From Thermotogaceae bacterium (GTDB lineage Bacteria; Thermotogota; Thermotogae; B21-G9; HyVt-16), in assembly GCA_029981435.1 (NCBI GenBank), contig JARRBB010000002.1:1042-65041 (forward strand): a stretch of 64,000 bases of DNA, given 5' to 3'. Position 1 is the first letter of the stretch, and every line of letters begins with the position of its first letter. A program made the position numbers and the translations under genes. Shown one piece after another: positions 9,844 through 18,784 of the stretch. Below the pieces are notes generated by a model. That model saw only the letters and a program-made list of their open reading frames with translations. It had not been told where the DNA came from and ran no database searches.

Positions 9844-10929
9844 ATGAAAAAACTTCTTTTGGGATTTATTTTTTTTATTTCATTCACCGCAGTTGCACTT
9901 TCAGTTGAATTAGAATTCAAACTTTTTGGAGCTCCTTGGTGCGAGTACTGCGCTCAAGAAAAAATGATACTCACTGAAGCTTTTCCAGAGGCTTCAATTC
10001 AATTCTTTGACTTAACTTCTACAAACACTGCCAGAGAATTCGAGGTCATCTATCAACAGGTTTTCCCCGCAAAACAGGAAAGGTATTATCCCCTAACCAT
10101 CGGAATTAAAAATGGTAGAATATTTGCAATAGCAGTTGGGGCTCAGAGTGAAGAATTCTGGAAAGAAGCTTTAAATAGAAAAGATGTAACAATAAAATTC
10201 ATGGGGGAAAAAGAGAATTTCGTTGAAAATATAGAACTTCGAGATGTTTCATTCTTCAAACCTAAAAGTCTGGGTGAAATCCTCGCAATCTGTATTACTT
10301 CGGCTCTCCTTGATGCCATAAATCCCTGCGCCATAAATGTTTTACTCGTTTTTTTGACACTGATGCTTGTAAACATTGGTTCGAAGAAAAAGATAATTCA
10401 ATCCGGGTTGAGTTTCACTTTAGCGACTTTTGTGGTTTATTATTTAATGGGATTAGGTTTGATAACAGTTATAAAAAGCCTTTGGTGGATAAAATATCCT
10501 CTGTATATCTTCGCAGGCTGGATTGGTTTTATGGAAATGTTTAATGGATTCAAAGGAAAAGACTGGTCGCCAATACCTAAGCGCTGGAAAAGTTCTGTTG
10601 AAAAAGGAATGAGGACTATATTATCCCCTCTTGGAGCTCTTATAATTGGTTTTTTTGTTGGGATCGTACTTCTTCCATGTACTTCTGGTCCATACGTAGT
10701 GGCACTATCGGTCTTGAGCGGGATGGATAGTTTTATAAAATTTTTCATACTTGTACTATACAATCTGATATTTGTTTCACCGTTTATTGCCTTAACTTTT
10801 CTTGTTCCATTTGGCTTGAGTACCATGAAATTGAAAAAACTGAAGAAAAGTTCAACTGAAGTGATGGAAATAATTACCGGTGGGGCATTACTCACTTTGG
10901 TAATTGTATCGATAATATTTGGTTTTTAA
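9844..10929 (+). CDS. Thioredoxin-like (CxxC) domain fused to a CcdA/DsbD-like transmembrane electron transporter
   Basis: Signal peptide, PWCEYC; TM part with DAINPCA and LLPCTSGPY (paired PC motifs). Confidence 0.8.
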   Translation: MKKLLLGFIFFISFTAVALSVELEFKLFGAPWCEYCAQEKMILTEAFPEASIQFFDLTSTNTAREFEVIYQQVFPAKQERYYPLTIGIKNGRIFAIAVGAQSEEFWKEALNRKDVTIKFMGEKENFVENIELRDVSFFKPKSLGEILAICITSALLDAINPCAINVLLVFLTLMLVNIGSKKKIIQSGLSFTLATFVVYYLMGLGLITVIKSLWWIKYPLYIFAGWIGFMEMFNGFKGKDWSPIPKRWKSSVEKGMRTILSPLGALIIGFFVGIVLLPCTSGPYVVALSVLSGMDSFIKFFILVLYNLIFVSPFIALTFLVPFGLSTMKLKKLKKSSTEVMEIITGGALLTLVIVSIIFGF

Positions 10930-10941
10930 GGGGGAGTACAG

Positions 10942-12219
10942 ATGATTAAATTTGAAGAACTTTTGGGAAAGGAATTCGATTGTGAGTGTGGTAAAACTCA
11001 TAGAATCAAAGTTGAAAGAATGATATCGAAGGATATGATATCTAATAAAGACCTTGAGTTTGAATTAGAAAGATTGAAAGCTAAAAAACCTGTTTTTGTC
11101 TGTGATGAGAATACTCTTGAAGCTGTTAAAAAAGATATCTCACTTGAAGGTATGAGAGTTTTCATTTTAGAACCTCGAAATAGAGTTCTGGCTGATATTG
11201 AAAATTCTAAAAAGATCATAAATGACTCGAAGAACAGCGACCTGTTGGTGTCAATTGGATCAGGAACCATAAACGACATAACCAAATACGCTGCACAAGA
11301 ATTGGGGCTTAATTACATCTGTATACCAACTGCACCATCGGTTGATGGCTATACTTCACCTGTTACGGCTTTACTTGTGAATGGTTTTAAAGAAACTCTC
11401 AATGCAGAGCCTCCAAAAACCGTTCTGGTAAGCCTAAGAGTAATAAAAGAGAGTCCAATCGATCTTATTAAAGCAGGTATTGGTGATGCAATGGCTAAAA
11501 TAACAGCCCGAATGGATTGGCTACTATCAAAAGTAATTAATTCAGAGTATGTTTGTGATTTTACGTGGAAAATAATGGTTGATGACATAAAACAGATAAC
11601 AAAAAACATTGATTTAGCAATTGAAAGAGATGGAAAAACGCTCAATATTCTCATGAGATTATTGTCAAATTCAGGGATTGCAATGTCGATGGCGGGAAAT
11701 TCTCGACCTGCATCAGGTGCCGAACACATCGTTTCACACTTTATAGAAATGTACTATGAATTAAACAATGAACTTCCATTGTTCCATGGTATACAGGTAT
11801 CCCTGGGGACACTGATATCTCTAAAAGCCTACAATTATCTGTTCAATGGATTAGATTCCTTGAAGGTTATTGATATTGACATTGATGAAAGGAAGAAAAA
11901 TCTAACAAAATTGTTTGGTGAATCTCTGGGAAATCAATTGATGGAAATTTATAATATGAAAATGAAAAAACTTAAAAAGCCAGACAAAGCACTTATTGAG
12001 AAAGCAAAAAATGAAATATTGCCTGTCTATAGTGAGTTTGTTGAAAGTGCTGAAAAGGCCATTTCGAAATTAAACCTTGAATCAGAGTATTCCAAAATCG
12101 ATGAAGATCTAATCAGAAAAGCTGTAATGTTCTCTAATAGTCTCCGTGACAGATATACGATCTTCGATCTCTTTGATTCCCTTGGACTAATAAAAGATTT
12201 TTCATCAAAATGTTTATGA
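10942..12219 (+). CDS. sn-glycerol-1-phosphate dehydrogenase (AraM/EgsA family)
   Basis: CECGKTH N-terminus, GSGTINDITK, PTAPSVDGYTS, SRPASGAEH, HGIQV. Confidence 0.88.
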   Translation: MIKFEELLGKEFDCECGKTHRIKVERMISKDMISNKDLEFELERLKAKKPVFVCDENTLEAVKKDISLEGMRVFILEPRNRVLADIENSKKIINDSKNSDLLVSIGSGTINDITKYAAQELGLNYICIPTAPSVDGYTSPVTALLVNGFKETLNAEPPKTVLVSLRVIKESPIDLIKAGIGDAMAKITARMDWLLSKVINSEYVCDFTWKIMVDDIKQITKNIDLAIERDGKTLNILMRLLSNSGIAMSMAGNSRPASGAEHIVSHFIEMYYELNNELPLFHGIQVSLGTLISLKAYNYLFNGLDSLKVIDIDIDERKKNLTKLFGESLGNQLMEIYNMKMKKLKKPDKALIEKAKNEILPVYSEFVESAEKAISKLNLESEYSKIDEDLIRKAVMFSNSLRDRYTIFDLFDSLGLIKDFSSKCL

Positions 12220-12235
12220 AAATGGAGGGATTCAA

Positions 12236-12781
12236 ATGTCTATATTAGTTTTGAATGGCTCGCCTCGAATAGGTGGAAACACCGATGTGGTGCTTGAACA
12301 CCTTAGAGAAATGGCACCTGAAAACAGGAACTGGATTCATTTGAAGCTTGGAAGACTGAAGATATCACCATGTACTGCCTGCGATATGTGCTGGAATCCC
12401 GAACCCTGTGTCTTCAAAGATGATATGTCTAAAGTATTTGATATTTTACCAGAATCAAATTTGATAATATTCGCTTCACCAATATACTGGTGGAATGTGA
12501 CTTCATACTTGAAAATAGTTATAGATAGACTTTATCCGCTTGCTTCTGCAAAATCGCCGATAAATCTTTCAGGAAAGAAAGCAGCGATTGTATTTGTTTT
12601 TGCTGACGATGATCCAACAACCGCTGATTCAGCTAATATTATGTTCGATAGAATTTTCGAATATTTAAAACTTAAGGATGTGGGGAGATTAATTTTACCA
12701 GGTTTATGGAAAAAAGGTGAAGCAGAAAATGAAAAGGTTTTAGAGAAAATAAAAGATTTTTCGAAAAAAATATTTTCATAA
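12236..12781 (+). CDS. Flavodoxin family / iron-sulfur flavoprotein (NADPH-dependent FMN reductase-like)
   Basis: NGSPRxGGNT, CTACDMC...C Cys cluster, ASPIYW, KIVIDR. Confidence 0.88.
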   Translation: MSILVLNGSPRIGGNTDVVLEHLREMAPENRNWIHLKLGRLKISPCTACDMCWNPEPCVFKDDMSKVFDILPESNLIIFASPIYWWNVTSYLKIVIDRLYPLASAKSPINLSGKKAAIVFVFADDDPTTADSANIMFDRIFEYLKLKDVGRLILPGLWKKGEAENEKVLEKIKDFSKKIFS

Positions 12782-12795
12782 AATTGGGTGATAGC

Positions 12796-13209
12796 ATGAA
12801 ATCATATACTGAATATCTCTGGTTCAATACAAATAAAAAAAGAGAGCTAGTGCACATAACCGATAAAGTGAGAGAAATCGTTAAAAAAAGTGGGATAAAA
12901 GAAGGATTTTGCCTTGTTTCAGCCATGCATATAACAGCTGGAATAATTGTGAATGATTATGAACCTGGTTTATGGGAAGACATATGGCAGTGGCTCGAAA
13001 GACTCGCACCATACAGAGAAGACTATTTACACAATCAGACAGGTGAAATCAACGGTGATGCACATTTAAAAAGAATTTTAACCCATCACCAAGTCATCAT
13101 ACCGGTTACAAATGGAGATCTTGATCTTGGACCATGGGAAGAAATTTTTTATGCAGAATATGATGGTCAAAGAAGGAAAAGAGTAGTTATAAAAATAATA
13201 GGTGAATAA
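12796..13209 (+). CDS. YjbQ/UPF0047 family protein
   Basis: [29 protein letters not shown]. Confidence 0.93.
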   Translation: MKSYTEYLWFNTNKKRELVHITDKVREIVKKSGIKEGFCLVSAMHITAGIIVNDYEPGLWEDIWQWLERLAPYREDYLHNQTGEINGDAHLKRILTHHQVIIPVTNGDLDLGPWEEIFYAEYDGQRRKRVVIKIIGE

Positions 13210-13352
13210 CTTAATAATTATTGAAGTTATAAAAACTAAAAGTTTTGAAATTATAAGTTTATATTTTTATGATAGAATATACTTATAAAAGTAAAATTAT
13301 TAAAACTTAGGAGGTTTATAACTTTATGAGTGAAATACTTATTAAGTCAAAT
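13185..13352. repeat. Phased array of about 21 degenerate 8-bp units, consensus A[C/G]TTATAA (array 1)
   Basis: ACTT at 13209, 13281, 13305, 13321, 13337 and AGTT at 13185, 13225, 13241 all lie at offsets that are multiples of 8; units include agttataa, acttaata, agttataa, aattataa, acttataa, acttagga, acttatta. Confidence 0.75.
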
Positions 13353-13691
13353 ATTCCTTTAAGAATCGACCAACTTGATAGGCTGACTCATATAACTACA
13401 GCCATAACAGCACTGAGAGAGAAAAATCAGGATAATGAAAGAATCACAAAAGCCACCATAATAAGAGCTTTGATTGATAATTTTGATTTTGCAAAGCTCA
13501 AGCTGGAAAATATAAGAGATGAAGCAACCTTAAAGGAAAGAGTTGCTGAAGTGATGAAAAACAACATTTCTCTTGATAAGTTTGCCGAATTTGAAAAGCA
13601 GTTCAAAGATAAACTTGGTGAGGAAAATTTCAATGAGATTAAAAAATGGTTCGTGGATCAAGGAATATTGCAGAACGAAAATCAGCACTAA
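13326..13691 (+). CDS. Hypothetical protein, probable ribbon-helix-helix DNA-binding protein
   Basis: AGGAGG SD; alternating beta-strand IKSNIPL, amphipathic helix IDQLDRLTHITTAI, loop, second helix ERITKATIIRALID; fold inferred from sequence pattern only. Confidence 0.7.
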   Translation: MSEILIKSNIPLRIDQLDRLTHITTAITALREKNQDNERITKATIIRALIDNFDFAKLKLENIRDEATLKERVAEVMKNNISLDKFAEFEKQFKDKLGEENFNEIKKWFVDQGILQNENQH

Positions 13692-13717
13692 TAAACGATT
13701 ACGTTAATCACATTGAA

Positions 13718-13752
13718 TCAACGCAACAAAATTAATTATTTTGTTGCGTTGA
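13718..13752. repeat. Perfect 15-bp inverted repeat with 5-nt loop
   Basis: TCAACGCAACAAAAT-taatt-ATTTTGTTGCGTTGA; no U-tract on the + strand. Confidence 0.85.
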
Positions 13753-13774
13753 AAAAGGGGGATACAACATTATC

Positions 13775-14650
13775 TTGAATGACCTGAATATAAAAGAAAG
13801 CATAAAAGCGACTATAGAGGATTATGTATTCGTTACGATCGGTTCGTTGATAACAGCTATAGCGCTCGATCTCTTTCTAATACCTAACCAGATTATCGCT
13901 GGTGGAGTTAGCGGACTTGCAACCATAATTTACTACATGCTCAAGTTGCCAGTAGGACTTCAGATGTTAGGCTATAACGTGATACTTTTTATACTTGGAT
14001 TTAAATTACTTGGCTTACATTTCGGCTTTAAAAGCATTTATTCAGCAATAATTCTCTCTGTCTTCGTGGATTTTTTCAGTTTTATTGTAAAACTTCCCGT
14101 ACCTGATCTTTCTTCGGAATCACTTTTAGCACCTATTTATGGCGGTGCTCTGGCTGGATTGGGTATGGGAATCGTATTCTGGCGTGGTGCTTCAACCGGT
14201 GGTACGGACATAATCGCTCTAATTATAAATAGATATACCAATATATCCAACGGTACAGCCTTAATGATAATTGACACCCTTATAACTGTTTTTGCCATTT
14301 TCATCTTTGGACCTATAAAAGCAATGTATGGAATTTTAACTATTTTTGTAACAAGTAAAATCATAGATAGCGTATTGGAAGGTGTTGAGAGTACAAGAAG
14401 TGTGATGATTATAAGCGAAAAAATCGATGAAATAAAAAAAATGATACTCGATGATCTGGAACGTGGAGCAACGATAATAAACGCAACAGGAGCTTATACA
14501 AACACTAAAAGACCCGTTTTATGGGCCGTTGTTAGAAGAAGAGAGTTGGCCGTCTTGCGTAGACATATTCACAAGATAGATCCAAAAGCCTTTATTGTGA
14601 TATTAAAAAACTCTGAAGTTTTTGGAGAAGGATTTAAGAAAATAAGTTAA
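13775..14650 (+). CDS. YitT family membrane protein (DUF161 + DUF2179)
   Basis: GGVSGLA, GASTGGTDIIA, ERGAT...GAYT, IDPKAF, EVFGEGF. Confidence 0.92.
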   Translation: MNDLNIKESIKATIEDYVFVTIGSLITAIALDLFLIPNQIIAGGVSGLATIIYYMLKLPVGLQMLGYNVILFILGFKLLGLHFGFKSIYSAIILSVFVDFFSFIVKLPVPDLSSESLLAPIYGGALAGLGMGIVFWRGASTGGTDIIALIINRYTNISNGTALMIIDTLITVFAIFIFGPIKAMYGILTIFVTSKIIDSVLEGVESTRSVMIISEKIDEIKKMILDDLERGATIINATGAYTNTKRPVLWAVVRRRELAVLRRHIHKIDPKAFIVILKNSEVFGEGFKKIS

Positions 14651-14756
14651 TGAATTAAAAACTTAAATAGTAAATAACTTATAAATCTAAAGACTTATAT
14701 ACTTTTTAAATCAAAAGATTACAAACCTAATAATAAAGGAGGTATTTAAGTGAATA
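14645..14756. repeat. Phased array of about 14 degenerate 8-bp units (array 2), same consensus as array 1
   Basis: agttaatg/aattaaaa/acttaaat/agtaaata/acttataa/atctaaag/acttatat/acttttta/aatcaaaa/gattacaa/acctaata; ACTT at 14661, 14677, 14693, 14701. Confidence 0.75.
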
Positions 14757-15976
14757 ATCAATTAATAAAATCAGGAATTAATAAAATAAGCTGGGCAATG
14801 AAGTATATGGATGTACTTTACACTTTAAAAAAAGAACTCGAAAGCGAAAAACCATTAAAAGGTGCAAGAATAGCCATGTCAATTCATTTAGAAGCCAAAA
14901 CAGCTAATCTTGCACTCGTTTTAAAAGATATGGGAGCAGAGGTTATTTCCACGGGTTGTAATCCTCTTTCAACTCAGGATGATGTGGCACAGGCACTTGC
15001 AACCATGGGAATAAAGGTTTTTGCAAAGAGAACCCATGATGAAAACGAATATTTTGAGAATCTTTATAAAACACTTGATCAGAAGCCTAATTTGATACTT
15101 GACGATGGTGCAGATTTGACGACTATACTTCATACTCAAAGAATGGATCAACTCAATGAAATTGTTGGAGCTTGTGAGGAAACAACAACGGGTTTGAAAA
15201 GAATGCGTTCTCTCGAAAAGGAAGGTAAACTTTCTTATCCTGTAATAGCGGTAAATGATGCCCAGATGAAGCATCTTTTTGACAATAGATATGGTACCGG
15301 TCAATCAACCTGGGATGCAATAATGAGGAATACAAACTTATTGGTAGCTGGAAAAAATGTTCTGGTCTGTGGATATGGTTGGTGTGGTAGAGGAATTGCT
15401 ATGAGGGCAAAAGGATTGGGGGCAAATGTAATTGTTTCAGAAGTAAATCCAATTAAAGCAATTGAAGCAGCGATGGATGGTTTCAGAGTTATGAATTCCC
15501 TTGAAGCTGCAAAGATTGCAGATATAATAGTAACAGCAACAGGTAATAGAGACGTTATAACACATGAACATTTTAAGGTAATGAAAGATAAAGTGATCCT
15601 TGCAAACGCCGGACATTTTAACGTTGAAATTCCTTTTGAATTACTTGAAAAACTTGCAAAATCAAAGAAAGAAGTTAGAGAAAATGTCGTTGAATATGAA
15701 ATGGAAGATGGAAAAAGGTTTTATCTATTAGCCGAGGGAAGATTGGTTAATTTAGCCGCTGGTGATGGGCATCCTGTTGAAATAATGGACATGTCTTTCT
15801 CAATACAACTTTTATCTTTGATATATCTATGGCAAAACAGAGGAAAATTAGAAAACAAAGTTATAAAAGTACCAGAAGAGATTGATATGAAAGTTGCAAG
15901 AACAAAATTAGAAACTCTTGGAATAAAGATCGACGAATTAACAGAAGCACAAAAAAGATACCTCGATAGTATTTAA
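14750..15976 (+). CDS. ahcY: Adenosylhomocysteinase (SAH hydrolase)
   Basis: [62 protein letters not shown]. Confidence 0.97.
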   Translation: MNNQLIKSGINKISWAMKYMDVLYTLKKELESEKPLKGARIAMSIHLEAKTANLALVLKDMGAEVISTGCNPLSTQDDVAQALATMGIKVFAKRTHDENEYFENLYKTLDQKPNLILDDGADLTTILHTQRMDQLNEIVGACEETTTGLKRMRSLEKEGKLSYPVIAVNDAQMKHLFDNRYGTGQSTWDAIMRNTNLLVAGKNVLVCGYGWCGRGIAMRAKGLGANVIVSEVNPIKAIEAAMDGFRVMNSLEAAKIADIIVTATGNRDVITHEHFKVMKDKVILANAGHFNVEIPFELLEKLAKSKKEVRENVVEYEMEDGKRFYLLAEGRLVNLAAGDGHPVEIMDMSFSIQLLSLIYLWQNRGKLENKVIKVPEEIDMKVARTKLETLGIKIDELTEAQKRYLDSI

Positions 15977-15989
15977 GGAGGCTTAGAAG

Positions 15990-16685
15990 ATTACAATAAC
16001 TGTTGAATACGTAAGAGAAAAGCTCAAAAGTAAAATCGAAATTTTAGATAGGTATTTAGAACTTGTTAGAAACAGAAATAAAAACATGAACCTTGTCTCG
16101 TTCCCAGAAGCTGAATTTTTCCTGGAAATAGTTGTAGATTCTATAACTCCGTGGCTGGCAGGAATTATTAAAAATCAAAAAGATAAAAAAATTCTTGATA
16201 TAGGAACAGGAGCAGGGATCCCAGGAATTCCTTTAGCTATAGTATTAGATAGAATCTCATTCCATCTGTTAGATTCAAAAAAGAAAAAAATAGACTTCGT
16301 TCATCAGGTAAAACAAGAATTGAAACTTTCAAACGTTGAAACACATTGTGAAAGAGTTGAAGTATTTGCTCTTAAAAATTTAAGAAGCTTCGATATGGTC
16401 GTTTCACGAGCCGTTGGTGAAATAGTTGTTTTACTGGAGTATGCAGCACCATTATTAAAATTAGGTGGAAAATTAATACTATACAAAGGTGAAAAAACCG
16501 TTGAAGAATTAGAAAAGGCCAGAAAAGCTATTGACTTGCTGGGATTTAATGAACCAGATATTTTTAAATACGAGTTAAATGAACAAAAAAGAAGAACTCT
16601 ATTGGTTTTCAGTAAAATTTTTGAAACACCTGAAGGATTCCCAAGAAAGCCTGGTATGGCTACGAAGAAACCTCTGGTCAAATAG
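15990..16685 (+). CDS. rsmG: 16S rRNA m7G527 methyltransferase; start placed at ATT 15990 (first ATG is 16086)
   Basis: LDIGTGAGIPG, LLDSKKKK, SRAVG, PRKPG; in-frame upstream segment LDRYLELVRNRNKNMNLV is the usual RsmG N-terminal helix; AAGGAGG at 15975-15981. Confidence 0.9.
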   Translation: MTITVEYVREKLKSKIEILDRYLELVRNRNKNMNLVSFPEAEFFLEIVVDSITPWLAGIIKNQKDKKILDIGTGAGIPGIPLAIVLDRISFHLLDSKKKKIDFVHQVKQELKLSNVETHCERVEVFALKNLRSFDMVVSRAVGEIVVLLEYAAPLLKLGGKLILYKGEKTVEELEKARKAIDLLGFNEPDIFKYELNEQKRRTLLVFSKIFETPEGFPRKPGMATKKPLVK

Positions 16686-16693
16686 GAGTGATA

Positions 16694-17800
16694 ATGATAA
16701 AGTACCTTGCAACTTGTGCATCAGGTTTAGAAGGTGCTCTATGTAAAGAACTCAGAAATATGGATTATAAAATTCTTCATACAATTAGAGGAAGGGTCTT
16801 ATTTGAAGCTCCTATTGAGGATGTTTTTAAACTGAACTTATGGCTCAGAACGGCCGAAAGAGTCATAATGGTTTTGAAACAATTCAAAGCTGAAAATTTT
16901 GATGAATTGTTTGATGGAATATCTCAAATATCTTGGGGAGATTACATAAATAAAAAAGGTGCTTTTCCCATAGCAAAAGTAAAATCAAACAAATCTAAAC
17001 TCTTCAGTCTTTCGGATATACAGGCAGTTTCCAAAAAGGCAATTGTTGCGAGTTTATCCAGAAAATATAAGATAAAAACATTTGAGGAAAAAGGTCCTGT
17101 TTTTCCAGTGCATCTGTATATAAAAAAGGACATAGTAACAATCGGTATAGATACAACAGGTGAAAATGGTTTACATAAGCGTGGCTATCGTATATATGTT
17201 TCTGAAGCACCGTTGCGTGAAACTATTGCTGCTGCAATGGTACTACTGAGCAACTGGAATTCAGAAAATCCCCTTTGGGATCCATTTTGCGGTTCGGGTA
17301 CAATACCAATAGAAGCTTCTATGATAGCCTTAAATATTGCTCCAGGACTTTTCAGAAAATTCATTTGCAATTATTGGCCCTTTCTTGATTCAAACCTATG
17401 GAAATTCGAAGTTGAAAAGGCGAAAAGTTCTATAAAAAGTAATGATTTCTCAATAACTGGTAGTGACATATCGGCAAAAATGATAGAAATTGCAATCTTA
17501 AACGCTAAAAATCTAAAGCTCCACAAAAAAATAAAATTTGAAAATAAGAATTTTTTTGAAATTACCAAGATCCCACCAAAAAGTTGGATTATAACCAATC
17601 CACCATATGGTCGAAGGTTGCAAACACAAGAGTCTCAAATATTGAAACAATTTAAAAAGATATTTGAAGGCAGTGAAGATGTTTCTCTACATTTTTTGAG
17701 TAGCTCAGAAAAAATTCCTAAAGTCTTTGAAAAGAAACCACGGAAAACCATCACAATTTACAACAGCAGTTTGAAAACCTATCTATATCAGTACTGGTAA
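16694..17800 (+). CDS. THUMP-domain 23S rRNA m2G2445-type methyltransferase (RlmL/YpsC-like)
   Basis: NLWLRTAERV, LHKRGYR, APLRETIAA, DPFCGSGTIPIE, TNPPYG. Confidence 0.9.
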   Translation: MIKYLATCASGLEGALCKELRNMDYKILHTIRGRVLFEAPIEDVFKLNLWLRTAERVIMVLKQFKAENFDELFDGISQISWGDYINKKGAFPIAKVKSNKSKLFSLSDIQAVSKKAIVASLSRKYKIKTFEEKGPVFPVHLYIKKDIVTIGIDTTGENGLHKRGYRIYVSEAPLRETIAAAMVLLSNWNSENPLWDPFCGSGTIPIEASMIALNIAPGLFRKFICNYWPFLDSNLWKFEVEKAKSSIKSNDFSITGSDISAKMIEIAILNAKNLKLHKKIKFENKNFFEITKIPPKSWIITNPPYGRRLQTQESQILKQFKKIFEGSEDVSLHFLSSSEKIPKVFEKKPRKTITIYNSSLKTYLYQYW

Positions 17801-17845
17801 GTTTTGAATTTTGATATGATATTATTTTAAAGAGGTGAATTTAAA

Positions 17846-18781
17846 ATGTTAAAACTGATTGAATCAGTGCCAAATTTCAGTGAAGGAAGAAGAATAGAAG
17901 TTGTTGAGGAAATAATAAGGACCTGCGAAAAGTTCGACAAAGTTTGGGTTTTAGACTGGTCCATGGATTACGATCATAATAGGTCGGTTGTAACTTTAAT
18001 TGGAACACCTGAACAAATAAATGATGCTCTATTCGATATGACTAAGAAAGCTTCTGAACTGATTGATCTAAGAAAACACAAAGGCGAGCATCCACGTATG
18101 GGAGCAACGGATGTGATTCCGTTGGTTCCTATCTGGAATTGTAAAATGGAAGAGTGCATAGAGATTTCCAAGGAACTTGGAAAAAGAATTGGCGAAGAAC
18201 TTAACATCCCTGTTTATCTTTATGAAAAGTCTGCCACTAAACCAGTGAGAGAAAATCTTGCTGAAATAAGAAAAGGGGAATTCGAGCATTTTCATGAAAA
18301 AATATTACTCGAAGGTTGGGAACCGGATTTCGGTCCGAGAAAAGTTCATCCTACAGCGGGTGTAACAGCAGTTGGAGCTCGCGAACATCTTATCGCTTTG
18401 AATGTGAATCTCCGAACAGATAGAATCGATATTGCAAAAAACATTGCAAAAGCTGTCAGACACTCAAGTGGTGGATTTAGATATGTTAAAGCGATTGGAA
18501 TTGAACTTAAAGAGAAAGGGATAGTCCAGGTTTCTATGAATCTCACTAATTATAAAAGAAGTCCCATACACAGAGTCTTTGAATTGATAAAACTTGAAGC
18601 AGAAAGATATGGTGTACAAATTGCAGGTACTGAGGTAATCGGTTTGATACCCATGGATGCACTGGTAAAAGTTGCTGAATTTTATCTTAAGTTTGAAGAT
18701 TTCGAATCCTCAAGAATATTAGAGAAAAAATTGCTGGAAATTTTTTCAAAGGAACTTGTAAAAGAAAATGGAGAGGATTGA
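17846..18781 (+). CDS. ftcD: Glutamate formimidoyltransferase
   Basis: ESVPNFSEGR, DHNRSV, HKGEHPRMGATDVIP, VQVSMNL. Confidence 0.94.
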   Translation: MLKLIESVPNFSEGRRIEVVEEIIRTCEKFDKVWVLDWSMDYDHNRSVVTLIGTPEQINDALFDMTKKASELIDLRKHKGEHPRMGATDVIPLVPIWNCKMEECIEISKELGKRIGEELNIPVYLYEKSATKPVRENLAEIRKGEFEHFHEKILLEGWEPDFGPRKVHPTAGVTAVGAREHLIALNVNLRTDRIDIAKNIAKAVRHSSGGFRYVKAIGIELKEKGIVQVSMNLTNYKRSPIHRVFELIKLEAERYGVQIAGTEVIGLIPMDALVKVAEFYLKFEDFESSRILEKKLLEIFSKELVKENGED

Positions 18782-18784
18782 AGC

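Noticed and set aside
13185-14756. Octamer arrays as a CRISPR array or replication origin
   Set aside because: Units are contiguous 8-mers with no spacers and there are no cas genes; I saw no clear DnaA boxes or dnaA nearby.
16086-16685. rsmG as a 5'-truncated pseudogene
   Set aside because: The frame is open and RsmG-like back to 15990, with a strong, well-spaced SD.
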